DNA of 49,347 nt from a virus. Position numbers and translations under genes: made by a program. The notes below the pieces were generated by a model that was not told the DNA's origin, searched no databases, and was given only the letters and a program-made list of their open reading frames with translations. The stretch is taken from IMG/VR virus record IMGVR_UViG_3300024518_000002, positions 1 to 49,347 of that record. One strand, given 5' to 3'. Shown one piece after another: positions 41,252 to 49,347 of the stretch; the stretch's first letter is position 1, and every line of letters starts with the position of its first letter.

Positions 41252-41538
41252 ACGGAGGGGTAGGGAAAGGGGAAAGCGTCTGGACGTTTGATAATGGTGG
41301 GGCAATGGCATATATGAGCGGTAGCGTGTTTTCGATGTGGCAAGCATACAGGTACAAAAACATTCTACCCAGATCGGGCGGCTGGGAGAATCAGCCGCTT
41401 TTTGTTTTAGCACAGATTGAGGCGATAGATTTGATATACAGCACATGGCGATATATCAGATCGGATAATTCTGATTGGGGCAAATTATCAGCGACACAAA
41501 CGGAGATTGTTAAACAGGTTGAGTTATGGCTAGTATAA
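41218..41538 (+). CDS. -1 frameshift extension of the tail chaperone (GT-like product)
   Basis: A_AAA_AAC at 41218-41224 in the zero frame. The -1 frame is open from 41212 to 41538 and contains track ORF 41305..41538. Confidence 0.55.
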   Translation, partial: KKLITSVTEWVDGGVGKGESVWTFDNGGAMAYMSGSVFSMWQAYRYKNILPRSGGWENQPLFVLAQIEAIDLIYSTWRYIRSDNSDWGKLSATQTEIVKQVELWLV

Positions 41539-43418
41539 AAACCGAACTAATCATCAGCGCAGTTACAAAAGGCTTCAAGGCCGTTGAAACTTCCGTTAAG
41601 GGTTTGGGGAAATCATTTGAAACGGCCGCCGAAAAAGCATCTACGGCTGGCAAGAAACTTGACGGATTAGATGTAGCCGCCAAAAATATCGCCAAAGCTG
41701 GATTAGCGGCAGGTGGTGCGGCTTTGCTTGCTTTTGGCAAGGCATCCATAACGGCCGCCTCTGATGTTGAAGAAATGCAGTCAAAGTTTGACACTGTTTT
41801 TGGTTCATTGGGCGGAGAAGTCACCGACGATTTGCAGGGATTTGCAGATGCTGCCAATCGTTCCATTTTTGACCTACAGGGATTCGCCGCCACGCTACAA
41901 GACACCTTTAAGCCGTTAGGGTTTGCCGGTGATGCAGCCGCCGACATGTCGGTCAATATGGTGCAACTGGCAACTGATTTGGGGAGCTTTAACAATATTG
42001 ACACGGCGACGGTTGTCAACGATCTTCAATCTGCACTGGTTGGAAATACCGAAACTCTCCGCAAATACGGGATTGTTGCCAGTCAGTCAGCTATTGATAA
42101 CGAGGCTTATGCACTCGGCCTGAACTTTACAAAAGGCAGAATGGACGCTCTGACAAAGGCAACGGCTATCCAGTCTATCATTATGAAGTCAACCGTTGAC
42201 GCGCAAGGTGATGCGATTAAAACGGCCGATAGTTTTGCTAATCAGATGGTTGGACTAAAAGCCGCCGTGCAAGAATTGAGCGTCACATTTGGCGGGGCAT
42301 TATTACCAGCGGCAACGGCCGTTGTCGGTAAATTGACGGAAGCGACCGATGTCGTCAAGGGTTTGCAGGGGCAAATGGGGCAGATGGCGGAAGCATCAGA
42401 CGACGGCACCTCTGCATTTTCTAACGTGCTAGTTGTCATGAATGAAATTAATAAGGCGGTGGGTGGTATCCCCGTCGATGATTGGATTGCAGGGATACGC
42501 GGCGGCGAGAGAGCCGCTAATGCAGGGGCAATTGCTACAGCTGAACTAGCGGCGGAGATTGAAGAATCCGACAGCGTATTGGCAGCATTGACGCAAACAA
42601 CGCTTGACAACATTGCGGCCGATGAAAGAGCTGCTGCCGCACATGATTTACTTGTATTATCAATACGCGACGGGTTAGATGATGGTGAGCGTTTAGCCGT
42701 TACATGGCAGGATGTGAAGGCGGCGGAAGAAGCGCGGCTTGAGACTGCCGAACGAATGAAAGAAGCTGATGAGGAAAGTGCATTGGCTTTATTTGAATTA
42801 GAACAGGCACAGGCGGGATATTTTCAAACGGCACTTGATGGCTCGCTGGTGCAAGACGATCTTAATAACGCCATCTTTGACGCAGCCGCAGCAGCGGGGG
42901 CAAGTGCGACAGAGTTAGCTTTACTTGGTGGGGCGTTGGGATTGTATAGTGAGGATGCTGTAAATGCCGCGCTTCAATCGGCGTTGATTCAGGCAAAGAT
43001 AGCTGAATTGGCGGGGTCATTTGCACGGGGCGAAACCACTATCACCGAAATGAGGGCAGAGCTGAACGGGTTTATTTCTGACATCCAAAACGTTCCAACG
43101 TCAAAGACAATTGATTTTCATTTGAATATACCCAAGATACCGCCATCGTTAGGCGGTAGCGTTGTTCCTGGCGGTAGTGCCGTTGCAGCGGCTGGCGGGG
43201 CAGATTTTACCGTCCCCGCTGGCTTTCCCAACGATTCATTTCCGATTCTTGCACAATCAGGCGAGCATGTAAAGATTACACCAGCAGGGCAAAATGGAGG
43301 CGTTGGTGGGCTTACCGCCAATATAAACATTAGTATTCAAAACGGCGACCCTGCTACCGTCAGAGGGTCAGTGACTGACGGATTGCTAGAAGCGTATCGA
43401 CGTAAGGGGGAGGTATAA
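41526..43418 (+). CDS. Tape measure protein
   Basis: 630 aa, Ala/Gly/helix-rich, downstream of the chaperone pair. Confidence 0.85.
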   Translation: MASIKTELIISAVTKGFKAVETSVKGLGKSFETAAEKASTAGKKLDGLDVAAKNIAKAGLAAGGAALLAFGKASITAASDVEEMQSKFDTVFGSLGGEVTDDLQGFADAANRSIFDLQGFAATLQDTFKPLGFAGDAAADMSVNMVQLATDLGSFNNIDTATVVNDLQSALVGNTETLRKYGIVASQSAIDNEAYALGLNFTKGRMDALTKATAIQSIIMKSTVDAQGDAIKTADSFANQMVGLKAAVQELSVTFGGALLPAATAVVGKLTEATDVVKGLQGQMGQMAEASDDGTSAFSNVLVVMNEINKAVGGIPVDDWIAGIRGGERAANAGAIATAELAAEIEESDSVLAALTQTTLDNIAADERAAAAHDLLVLSIRDGLDDGERLAVTWQDVKAAEEARLETAERMKEADEESALALFELEQAQAGYFQTALDGSLVQDDLNNAIFDAAAAAGASATELALLGGALGLYSEDAVNAALQSALIQAKIAELAGSFARGETTITEMRAELNGFISDIQNVPTSKTIDFHLNIPKIPPSLGGSVVPGGSAVAAAGGADFTVPAGFPNDSFPILAQSGEHVKITPAGQNGGVGGLTANINISIQNGDPATVRGSVTDGLLEAYRRKGEV

Positions 43419-43421
43419 ACA

Positions 43422-43838
43422 GTGGGTAAGGCGGTATTTTTGGCCTCATTTGGAGCGCAAACGCTAAAAGATGGCACGGATTTTAAGCAGAAATCTGTAG
43501 ACGACGGCGGAGACGTGCCGCGTACTAGTTTATACGAAACGATTGACGGCTCATGGTTTGATGCGGCCGCATCGGGTGCAAATACATTAGTGCCTGGTAC
43601 TGTCTCGTGTGAGATAGCCGTTACAGGATCAAGCGATGCCAACTTCAAAACCAATACCAATCTGATTGACGCTCTGAACGGTACGAAGGCCACCTTGACG
43701 GGGACATATGCAGATGCGACCACAGTGACATGCACAGCGCGCTGTACTGTTGGCTCCGTTTCAATCAATACATCCTCTCATCTAATCCCCGTCGCATTTT
43801 ATAGGTTGAGTTTTCAAAAAACAACAAGCTGGGCGTAA
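43422..43838 (+). CDS. Distal tail protein candidate
   Basis: 138 aa with a GTG start, directly after the tape measure. Confidence 0.5.
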   Translation: MGKAVFLASFGAQTLKDGTDFKQKSVDDGGDVPRTSLYETIDGSWFDAAASGANTLVPGTVSCEIAVTGSSDANFKTNTNLIDALNGTKATLTGTYADATTVTCTARCTVGSVSINTSSHLIPVAFYRLSFQKTTSWA

Positions 43839-43841
43839 ATT

Positions 43842-46724
43842 ATGGGTAATGTCACCAACGTACAGGTAGAAATCTTCAACGGCTCCGATGTCAGTCAGGG
43901 GACGATTGACGGTGACAAACTGTTGAGTTTCAAAACTAAAGCCATGTTGAGCGGCATCGGGAAAGGCGAGTTTGTTGTCGCGCTAGATGATACGGAAAGC
44001 ACGGCCTTGGTGACAAGAAACGCTATAGCCGTTCTGTCATTAGATACAACGCGCATCTCGGGCATCATTGTACAAGCATTTATTATTCAGGAAATCAAGC
44101 AGGATATTTTAGCAAGCGGCCGTGCCGTCTTGCGCGTGTCCGGTGCTGACATGCTCTATGAATGGACATATACCAACCTGGGTTATACGGTCATTGATGA
44201 TGGTGCGGGGGGTGAAATATCAAATATTGTTGATAATATTGTAACCAATTTCGACCCAGGCATTGGCGGCGGCTGGGGTCATACCAATTTCCATTTTTCA
44301 GCGGGACAAGGCGATGGGTATCACGTCCCAAGCGCGGAGACAGCATGGCAAGCAATTAGTCAGCTTGGTGGGGCGCGGGGGATTTATTATTCGCTAGGAT
44401 TAAATGATGCCTCTTATTCTGGCGTAGGCATTCCCGACCGCCGCATCATTGAGTGGGGTAGCTTCCAGGTCACAAACAGCCCCCCGCCGGCCTCTGTATT
44501 TGATACGATGATCCTGATGTTAGCTCCATCTGCAACGGGTGAGCGGCCAATTCTTGACGGTACGTTTAGGATTATCAATGAACCAAGTGAGGTTGTGACG
44601 CGGGTATATGTTTATGGCGCGGGGCAGGGTAATGACCGTTTTACATTGGCAGATAAAACAGACGCTGATCCTACCGGATTCACAACCACGGCAGCCGATT
44701 CTCTCATTGTAAATACAACGCTGGAAGCCGTTTCAGACCAGCCGCAAATCACGCGCGTGACTCATTTCTCGTCTATCAAGCCAGAGGATATTAGCGATGC
44801 CACAATGAGGGCAACGGCCGCCAACCAATTGTTACAAGCAGGCGTGTCCTATCTAACCGAACGTGATGGTTCTAATAAAGTTTATTATCAAATGGACACG
44901 CTCCCAGACGGCCGTCATATACCAGGCCAACTTGTCACCCTGACATACACACGCACTTCGCCGTGGGATAGTGCGGGGGCAGAGATCGATACAGACATTA
45001 TATCAATCAGCGATACGTTTTTACTCCTCGAATATAGCACGACGATGGATAGTAATAACAACTGGGTAGCTACCGTTTTGTTGGGTGACGTGCCGGAATT
45101 ACCAGAGCAGGGCGATAGCATGACGGCCAAGCGGATTGTCAAACTGGAGGAGACGCTTAGACATTCAACCTCTGGACAATCATCACCCACAAAACCCGTG
45201 GACGGTGATACTTACCTTAAATCAGCAGGATCGCCGCCGAACCTGACGGGTAACATGGTGGTTGATGCTGGCATCACGATTGACACGGTAGACATTAGTG
45301 CCGCCAATGCACAATCATTTTTGATGGTGAATGCAAGTAGCGAACATGAATTTGAACGCAGCGTTAACTTTAGTGCCGACTTTACCATTACCGATAACGG
45401 CGCAAACAGCACTTATGACATTGACCTCAACGCAGGATCGGGGGCATTGCATGACGCCTTAACGTTGGGTACAAATGCGTCCGCATTTCTTGAATTGACC
45501 GGCCAACTTTTAGGATTAGACACACAAACAGCCAATACGGGTTTCTTTGGCCCCACTACTGGCGTCGCGGCCGATCCCGCCTTTCGGGCGATGGTATTTG
45601 CCGATGTGCCAACAGACAGCGACCCCACGGGCGAGGCGGTATTAGCGAGTGATAGCAACGGCCGTTTAGGATTGGAGGGGTTGGGCATCCTGACCGCACC
45701 TGACGGCGACTATATCAAAATTACCAGCGGTGTGACGGCTATCGGGCTGGCGAATTCAGGCGCGGCGCGGTTGGAATTTACAAACGCGGTCACCGATTTA
45801 CTAGAATTACATGACGGCAACTTTAACCTAGTAAACAGCGGCGTGACCAAATTGCAATTGCGATTTGGCGGGGATGTATCAGCGACAGAAAGCGACATAT
45901 ACGCCGCCGATGCAATGGGGTTAGCTGCTGACGATGATATAGCTGTATTCATAGATGCAAGCAATGGCAGTACTGCCCGTTCATTTAAGGTAATGAAAGA
46001 CGCCGAGGATGTAGCCAGCGCAACCGAGCTGATGCGCGTAAATGAGAGTGGCGAATTATTGTTAGGGGCAACGGGCAACAGCGGAACTACTGTAGGGGTT
46101 ACTATCAATCAGGCCAACCTTGATGACGAGGCTCTCGCATTGCAGGATTCAACCCAGATCGCCACCGGACATACAGCATTTACAAAAACGGAAACATACG
46201 GCCGTCTCTTAAAATGGGTGGGTGCATCGGGCGGCTTACGGGTTGAGGGGTTTACAGAGGCATCGGGCGGGTTGGTATTAATTGGACGCGCCACAAATGA
46301 AGTGACGACCGATACATCCGCCTCAACAGGGAACGTCATTTTACGCGCCGCATTAAAAAGCGGCGTATCGTCTACTACACACGGCAGTACCGGCAATTTA
46401 TTGGTTGTTCAAAACAACGCCACGACACGATTCTTAATCAAAGGCAACGGAGACATTCATGCAACCAATACCGTCATAACGGCACTTGATGATTATGATG
46501 ACGTAGCGTTGTTGCGAACACTTGACAGAGAAACAACTTTATCTGGTATGATAGAATCTAGTTGGGATAAATTTATAAATTATAATCGCTCTCATTTGGA
46601 AGAGGCGGGCGTAATTGTTGGTGATTTTATCAGTATGCAGGGACACCAACGATTAACGAGCGGAGCTATCTGGCAGCTTCACGAGCGATTGGCGGAAATG
46701 GAGGCGAAAATTGGCAACGTCTAA
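43842..46724 (+). CDS. Large tail tip / baseplate-fibre protein
   Basis: 960 aa following the Dit position. The C-terminal segment (DDYDDVALLRTL...GAIWQLHERLAEMEAKI) resembles chaperone-like tails of fibre proteins. Confidence 0.7.
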   Translation: MGNVTNVQVEIFNGSDVSQGTIDGDKLLSFKTKAMLSGIGKGEFVVALDDTESTALVTRNAIAVLSLDTTRISGIIVQAFIIQEIKQDILASGRAVLRVSGADMLYEWTYTNLGYTVIDDGAGGEISNIVDNIVTNFDPGIGGGWGHTNFHFSAGQGDGYHVPSAETAWQAISQLGGARGIYYSLGLNDASYSGVGIPDRRIIEWGSFQVTNSPPPASVFDTMILMLAPSATGERPILDGTFRIINEPSEVVTRVYVYGAGQGNDRFTLADKTDADPTGFTTTAADSLIVNTTLEAVSDQPQITRVTHFSSIKPEDISDATMRATAANQLLQAGVSYLTERDGSNKVYYQMDTLPDGRHIPGQLVTLTYTRTSPWDSAGAEIDTDIISISDTFLLLEYSTTMDSNNNWVATVLLGDVPELPEQGDSMTAKRIVKLEETLRHSTSGQSSPTKPVDGDTYLKSAGSPPNLTGNMVVDAGITIDTVDISAANAQSFLMVNASSEHEFERSVNFSADFTITDNGANSTYDIDLNAGSGALHDALTLGTNASAFLELTGQLLGLDTQTANTGFFGPTTGVAADPAFRAMVFADVPTDSDPTGEAVLASDSNGRLGLEGLGILTAPDGDYIKITSGVTAIGLANSGAARLEFTNAVTDLLELHDGNFNLVNSGVTKLQLRFGGDVSATESDIYAADAMGLAADDDIAVFIDASNGSTARSFKVMKDAEDVASATELMRVNESGELLLGATGNSGTTVGVTINQANLDDEALALQDSTQIATGHTAFTKTETYGRLLKWVGASGGLRVEGFTEASGGLVLIGRATNEVTTDTSASTGNVILRAALKSGVSSTTHGSTGNLLVVQNNATTRFLIKGNGDIHATNTVITALDDYDDVALLRTLDRETTLSGMIESSWDKFINYNRSHLEEAGVIVGDFISMQGHQRLTSGAIWQLHERLAEMEAKIGNV

Positions 46725-46968
46725 AGTAATAACATTAACTGACATCACGCAGGGGCGGCTATACATTGATCCGCTAAGCGACGGCAATCTAACCGTGCAA
46801 CGCGACTACTCATTTGTGAGTGGCGATCCGCTTGTGGCAGAGTTATCAGATCGGGCGTTTGCTGCTGTCGTACCGTGGGCTGACGTGCCTGCAAATATCC
46901 AACAAGCACTAATTGATATTGACGCATGGACATATGAGCAGATTTTAGAAAGCGAGGACATGACATGA
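46711..46968 (+). CDS. Hypothetical protein (TTG start)
   Basis: 85-aa ORF. Confidence 0.45.
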   Translation: MATSKVITLTDITQGRLYIDPLSDGNLTVQRDYSFVSGDPLVAELSDRAFAAVVPWADVPANIQQALIDIDAWTYEQILESEDMT

Positions 46969-47180
46969 ACGATTTAGAGGAATTGATTAATAAGTGGATA
47001 GCAAAACGAGATGATTTTATCGTGCAGGCAAATAATGAAATTGCATTAATTAACGGCCGTATAGCACAGTTGAAGGATTTGATTGAAGCTCAAGGGCAAG
47101 CGCAAGAATCCCAAAACGGCCGTGTAGATGATACGACAGCCATCGGTACGTTACCAGAGGAACTTGTCAATGAGGGCTAG
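46965..47180 (+). CDS. Small coiled-coil protein
   Basis: 71 aa with ATGA overlap. Confidence 0.55.
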   Translation: MNDLEELINKWIAKRDDFIVQANNEIALINGRIAQLKDLIEAQGQAQESQNGRVDDTTAIGTLPEELVNEG

Positions 47181-48204
47181 GTTCGGGGTAGTTATTGGTC
47201 TACTGTCAATCGTCTTCGTTATCATGAGTATTGACGTATTGGCGGTTGATTATACCGAACCTATCCCCCTGCCCCAGCTAGGAACAGACACCTATTTGGG
47301 TGTAGTCGGCGGTCTATATCCGAATGGTTCCAACAATGTACCGAACGGGTATGCTGACGATGCATTTCTCGCCTTGCAAAATGACGACGATATACACGTT
47401 CTCTGTTTAGGTATGTCGAACATGAAATCTACGTGCGAGAATTTCATCAATAAGGCGGCGGGGGAAACGGCCGTTGCCAACAATGTTACAATCCACAATG
47501 GGGGTAGACCCGGACGCGCTCAGCAGGCATGGGGCGGCGGGGTAAGCGATCTCTATACCAACCTGAAGCGGGCGGGTGTATCGGTTCCAGAGGTCGATGT
47601 AGTGATCTATTTCAACGCGTGGGGGTATCCGTCTGGCGATTTTCAAAGCCATTATGACGAAATGTATGGCAGCTTAACAGAGACAATGGCGAATATCAAT
47701 AGCGTCTATCCCAATCTGAAACTAATTTACGTCACATCCCGTGAATATGCCCCACCATGGGCAGCGTCGTTAAATCCTAACCCGTATGCCTATGAGGAGG
47801 GGTTTGCTTTTCGGGATATTGTGACGGGTCGAATCAATGGCAATCTGTCAGGCGTTCCGATTCTGTGGGGTGCATACCAGTACGATCCATCATGGCCTGA
47901 TTCTTACTTCAAGGCATCGGACGGGGTGCATTTAAGCAGCGCGGGGCTAGATGTGGCCGGGCAACTGTGGCTTGATTTTTATTTAACACAGAGTTGGTTT
48001 GTTGACGGCAATCCGTCACCGACAGCAACGCCAACGGCCGTTTCCACAGCTACGCCGACAGGGGGGGCGACGGCAACCCCGACCCCCTTTCCAGCTACGC
48101 CTACCCCTGATGTTGAGCCAACCATGACGGCAACCAGTGGCGGGTGGCCTCCCCCCGATTGGTGTGAGACTCATCCACAATTACGGATGTGTCAGGAGAA
48201 ATAG
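47170..48204 (+). CDS. Membrane-anchored/secreted SGNH- or SASA-like esterase with Pro/Thr linker (tentative)
   Basis: N-terminal hydrophobic segment. LCLGMSNMKS resembles the GQSNM esterase motif. PT-rich linker PSPTATPTAVSTATPTGGATATPTPFPATPTP. Confidence 0.5.
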   Translation: MRARFGVVIGLLSIVFVIMSIDVLAVDYTEPIPLPQLGTDTYLGVVGGLYPNGSNNVPNGYADDAFLALQNDDDIHVLCLGMSNMKSTCENFINKAAGETAVANNVTIHNGGRPGRAQQAWGGGVSDLYTNLKRAGVSVPEVDVVIYFNAWGYPSGDFQSHYDEMYGSLTETMANINSVYPNLKLIYVTSREYAPPWAASLNPNPYAYEEGFAFRDIVTGRINGNLSGVPILWGAYQYDPSWPDSYFKASDGVHLSSAGLDVAGQLWLDFYLTQSWFVDGNPSPTATPTAVSTATPTGGATATPTPFPATPTPDVEPTMTATSGGWPPPDWCETHPQLRMCQEK

Positions 48205-48207
48205 TAA

Positions 48208-48882
48208 ATGGCTATTGTTGTCACGGCCGTTGGCGTAGGTACAAATACGAGTAGTAGCACTGTCGTTTCTGGTTCAGTGACTCATGACTCTGCCTCTGTA
48301 TTTGTAGCTATAGTTTCCATTTATGATGTATCTGATACTGTATCTGGTGTGTCTGGAATGGGATTAACCTGGAACGAGGTTCCAACGGATAGTCCGCAGG
48401 CTATAAGCAATATGGAGCACGCCGTATTTGTTGCTTACGGCTCGGGTTCTAACGGTGCGGTAACCGGTACTGCTACCGGTACATCCAATAGTTTGCTAAT
48501 TAGAATAATAGAAATTACGGGAGTGATTCAGCAAGCCGCTGAAGCAGACGAAGGTGCTACTGGCACTTCTACGTCATCTACAGACGATATAACGACCGTT
48601 ACGGACGGGGCAGTAATCATTAGTTCACAGGTTTCTGCAAGAGCAATTACGAGCATTGATGATGGATTTACGACCTTAGATATTACAACAACGGCTGGCA
48701 GTGGCCCGACACTAATCAATCACGGGTCGGGTTATTTAATATTGGCAACGGCAGGTGCACAAACAAGCTCATATACTCTGGCGGGTAGTGCCAGGGATTG
48801 GGCTATAATTCTGATTGCTTTTGAGGAAGAGGCGGTGGGCGGCGCAGTAGCGATTATGACACCGAATAGGGGCATATGGTGA
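48208..48882 (+). CDS. Hypothetical structural protein
   Basis: 224 aa, S/T/G/V-rich. Confidence 0.55.
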   Translation: MAIVVTAVGVGTNTSSSTVVSGSVTHDSASVFVAIVSIYDVSDTVSGVSGMGLTWNEVPTDSPQAISNMEHAVFVAYGSGSNGAVTGTATGTSNSLLIRIIEITGVIQQAAEADEGATGTSTSSTDDITTVTDGAVIISSQVSARAITSIDDGFTTLDITTTAGSGPTLINHGSGYLILATAGAQTSSYTLAGSARDWAIILIAFEEEAVGGAVAIMTPNRGIW

Positions 48883-48892
48883 GGATAATATT

Positions 48893-49347
48893 ATGAGTGA
48901 CAATTTGATCACGCAGACAACTGTGTCAACAGTACCGAGCGGCAGCGTTATAGCAACAGAGGATATAGGCTCTGCTCATTATCAAAAAGTCGTAGTTGCA
49001 TTAACCGACGGCACAACAATCAACGGCTTGCTTGACGTTGGGCAGTTGGCAATGGCGGCATCTATTCCCGTCGTCATTGCCTCCGATCAATCTTCGATTA
49101 CCGTTGATTTATCAGCAACCGATAACGCGGTATTAGACCAGATTGAAGTTAATACCAGTTATGGAGACAACACGGGCGGCGGTGTTGAAGCTGGTTCATT
49201 GCGAGTTACGTTAGCAAATGACTCAACGGGATTACTATCTGTAGACGATAACGGCGGATCGTTGACGATTGATAACGCTGATATAACCACCATCGCAGGT
49301 GCGGTTTCTGGCTCTGAAATGCAGGTGGACGTAATAACATCTGCCCT
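48893..49347 (+). CDS. Tail fibre gene, 5' part (runs off the window end and continues at base 1)
   Basis: ATG 48893 with GAGGA upstream. Hand translation gives MSDNLITQTTVSTVPSGSVIATEDIGSAHYQKVVVALTDG...SVDDNGGSLTIDNADITT with no stop before the window end. Confidence 0.75.
   Translation, partial: MSDNLITQTTVSTVPSGSVIATEDIGSAHYQKVVVALTDGTTINGLLDVGQLAMAASIPVVIASDQSSITVDLSATDNAVLDQIEVNTSYGDNTGGGVEAGSLRVTLANDSTGLLSVDDNGGSLTIDNADITTIAGAVSGSEMQVDVITSA

Noticed and set aside
1-49347. CRISPR array or regularly spaced repeats
   Set aside because: None seen. The repeats found are a gene-internal duplication, 26-bp iterons, and isolated 27-53-bp pairs without spacer periodicity.
1-49347. Cyanobacterial HIP1 (GCGATCGC) enrichment
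   Set aside because: I did not see this word recurring. The iterated palindrome here is ACGGCCGT.
1-49347. Alternative genetic code / stop-codon recoding linked to the odd tRNA-like genes
   Set aside because: Long genes such as TerL, portal, tape measure and the 960-aa tail protein are uninterrupted in the standard code.

Overview
The window is a complete tailed dsDNA phage genome that closes on itself. Bases 49242-49347 repeat bases 1-106, giving a unit of about 49,241 bp, and one tail-fibre gene (48893 -> wrap -> 2612) crosses that junction.

Gene order, mostly on the + strand:
- Tail fibre, small genes, a holin-like protein and a HicB-like protein.
- A short minus-strand cluster, then a large multi-domain GH25 endolysin.
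- A minus-strand RecT-like cluster, divergent consensus promoters and an HTH regulator.
- A roughly 0.9-kb ORF-free structured region, then a LexA-DBD-like regulator.
- Replication module: HNH, primase, an initiator with internal iterons, a DnaB-like helicase, a methyltransferase, RusA and an XRE regulator.
- A membrane-protein block, then a cassette with GNAT-like and TGT/DpdA-like genes.
- ParB-methyltransferase, TerS, TerL, portal, a Mu-like head module, tail tube paralogs, a frameshifted chaperone, the tape measure, a large tail protein, an esterase, and back to the tail fibre.

No integrase, reverse transcriptase or CRISPR array is visible.

The signals most worth follow-up:
1. The palindromic octamer ACGGCCGT occurs about 55 times by eye, against fewer than 1 expected. 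It is found in all three codon phases and in intergenic DNA.
2. The ORF-free region 11120-12037 contains two tRNA-shaped modules that lack anticodon loops. A third tRNA-like element lies at 24996-25082.
3. A consensus promoter feeds a 190-nt leader whose helices are interleaved in a pseudoknot or alternative-pairing arrangement.
4. Several genes have -10 elements placed so that transcripts would begin at the ATG (leaderless).
5. A cassette bounded by 53-bp repeats carries a TGT/DpdA-like gene.
6. A ParB-methyltransferase has its central region replaced by a perfect 15-bp hairpin.

All functional calls come from motif recognition by eye and need database confirmation.
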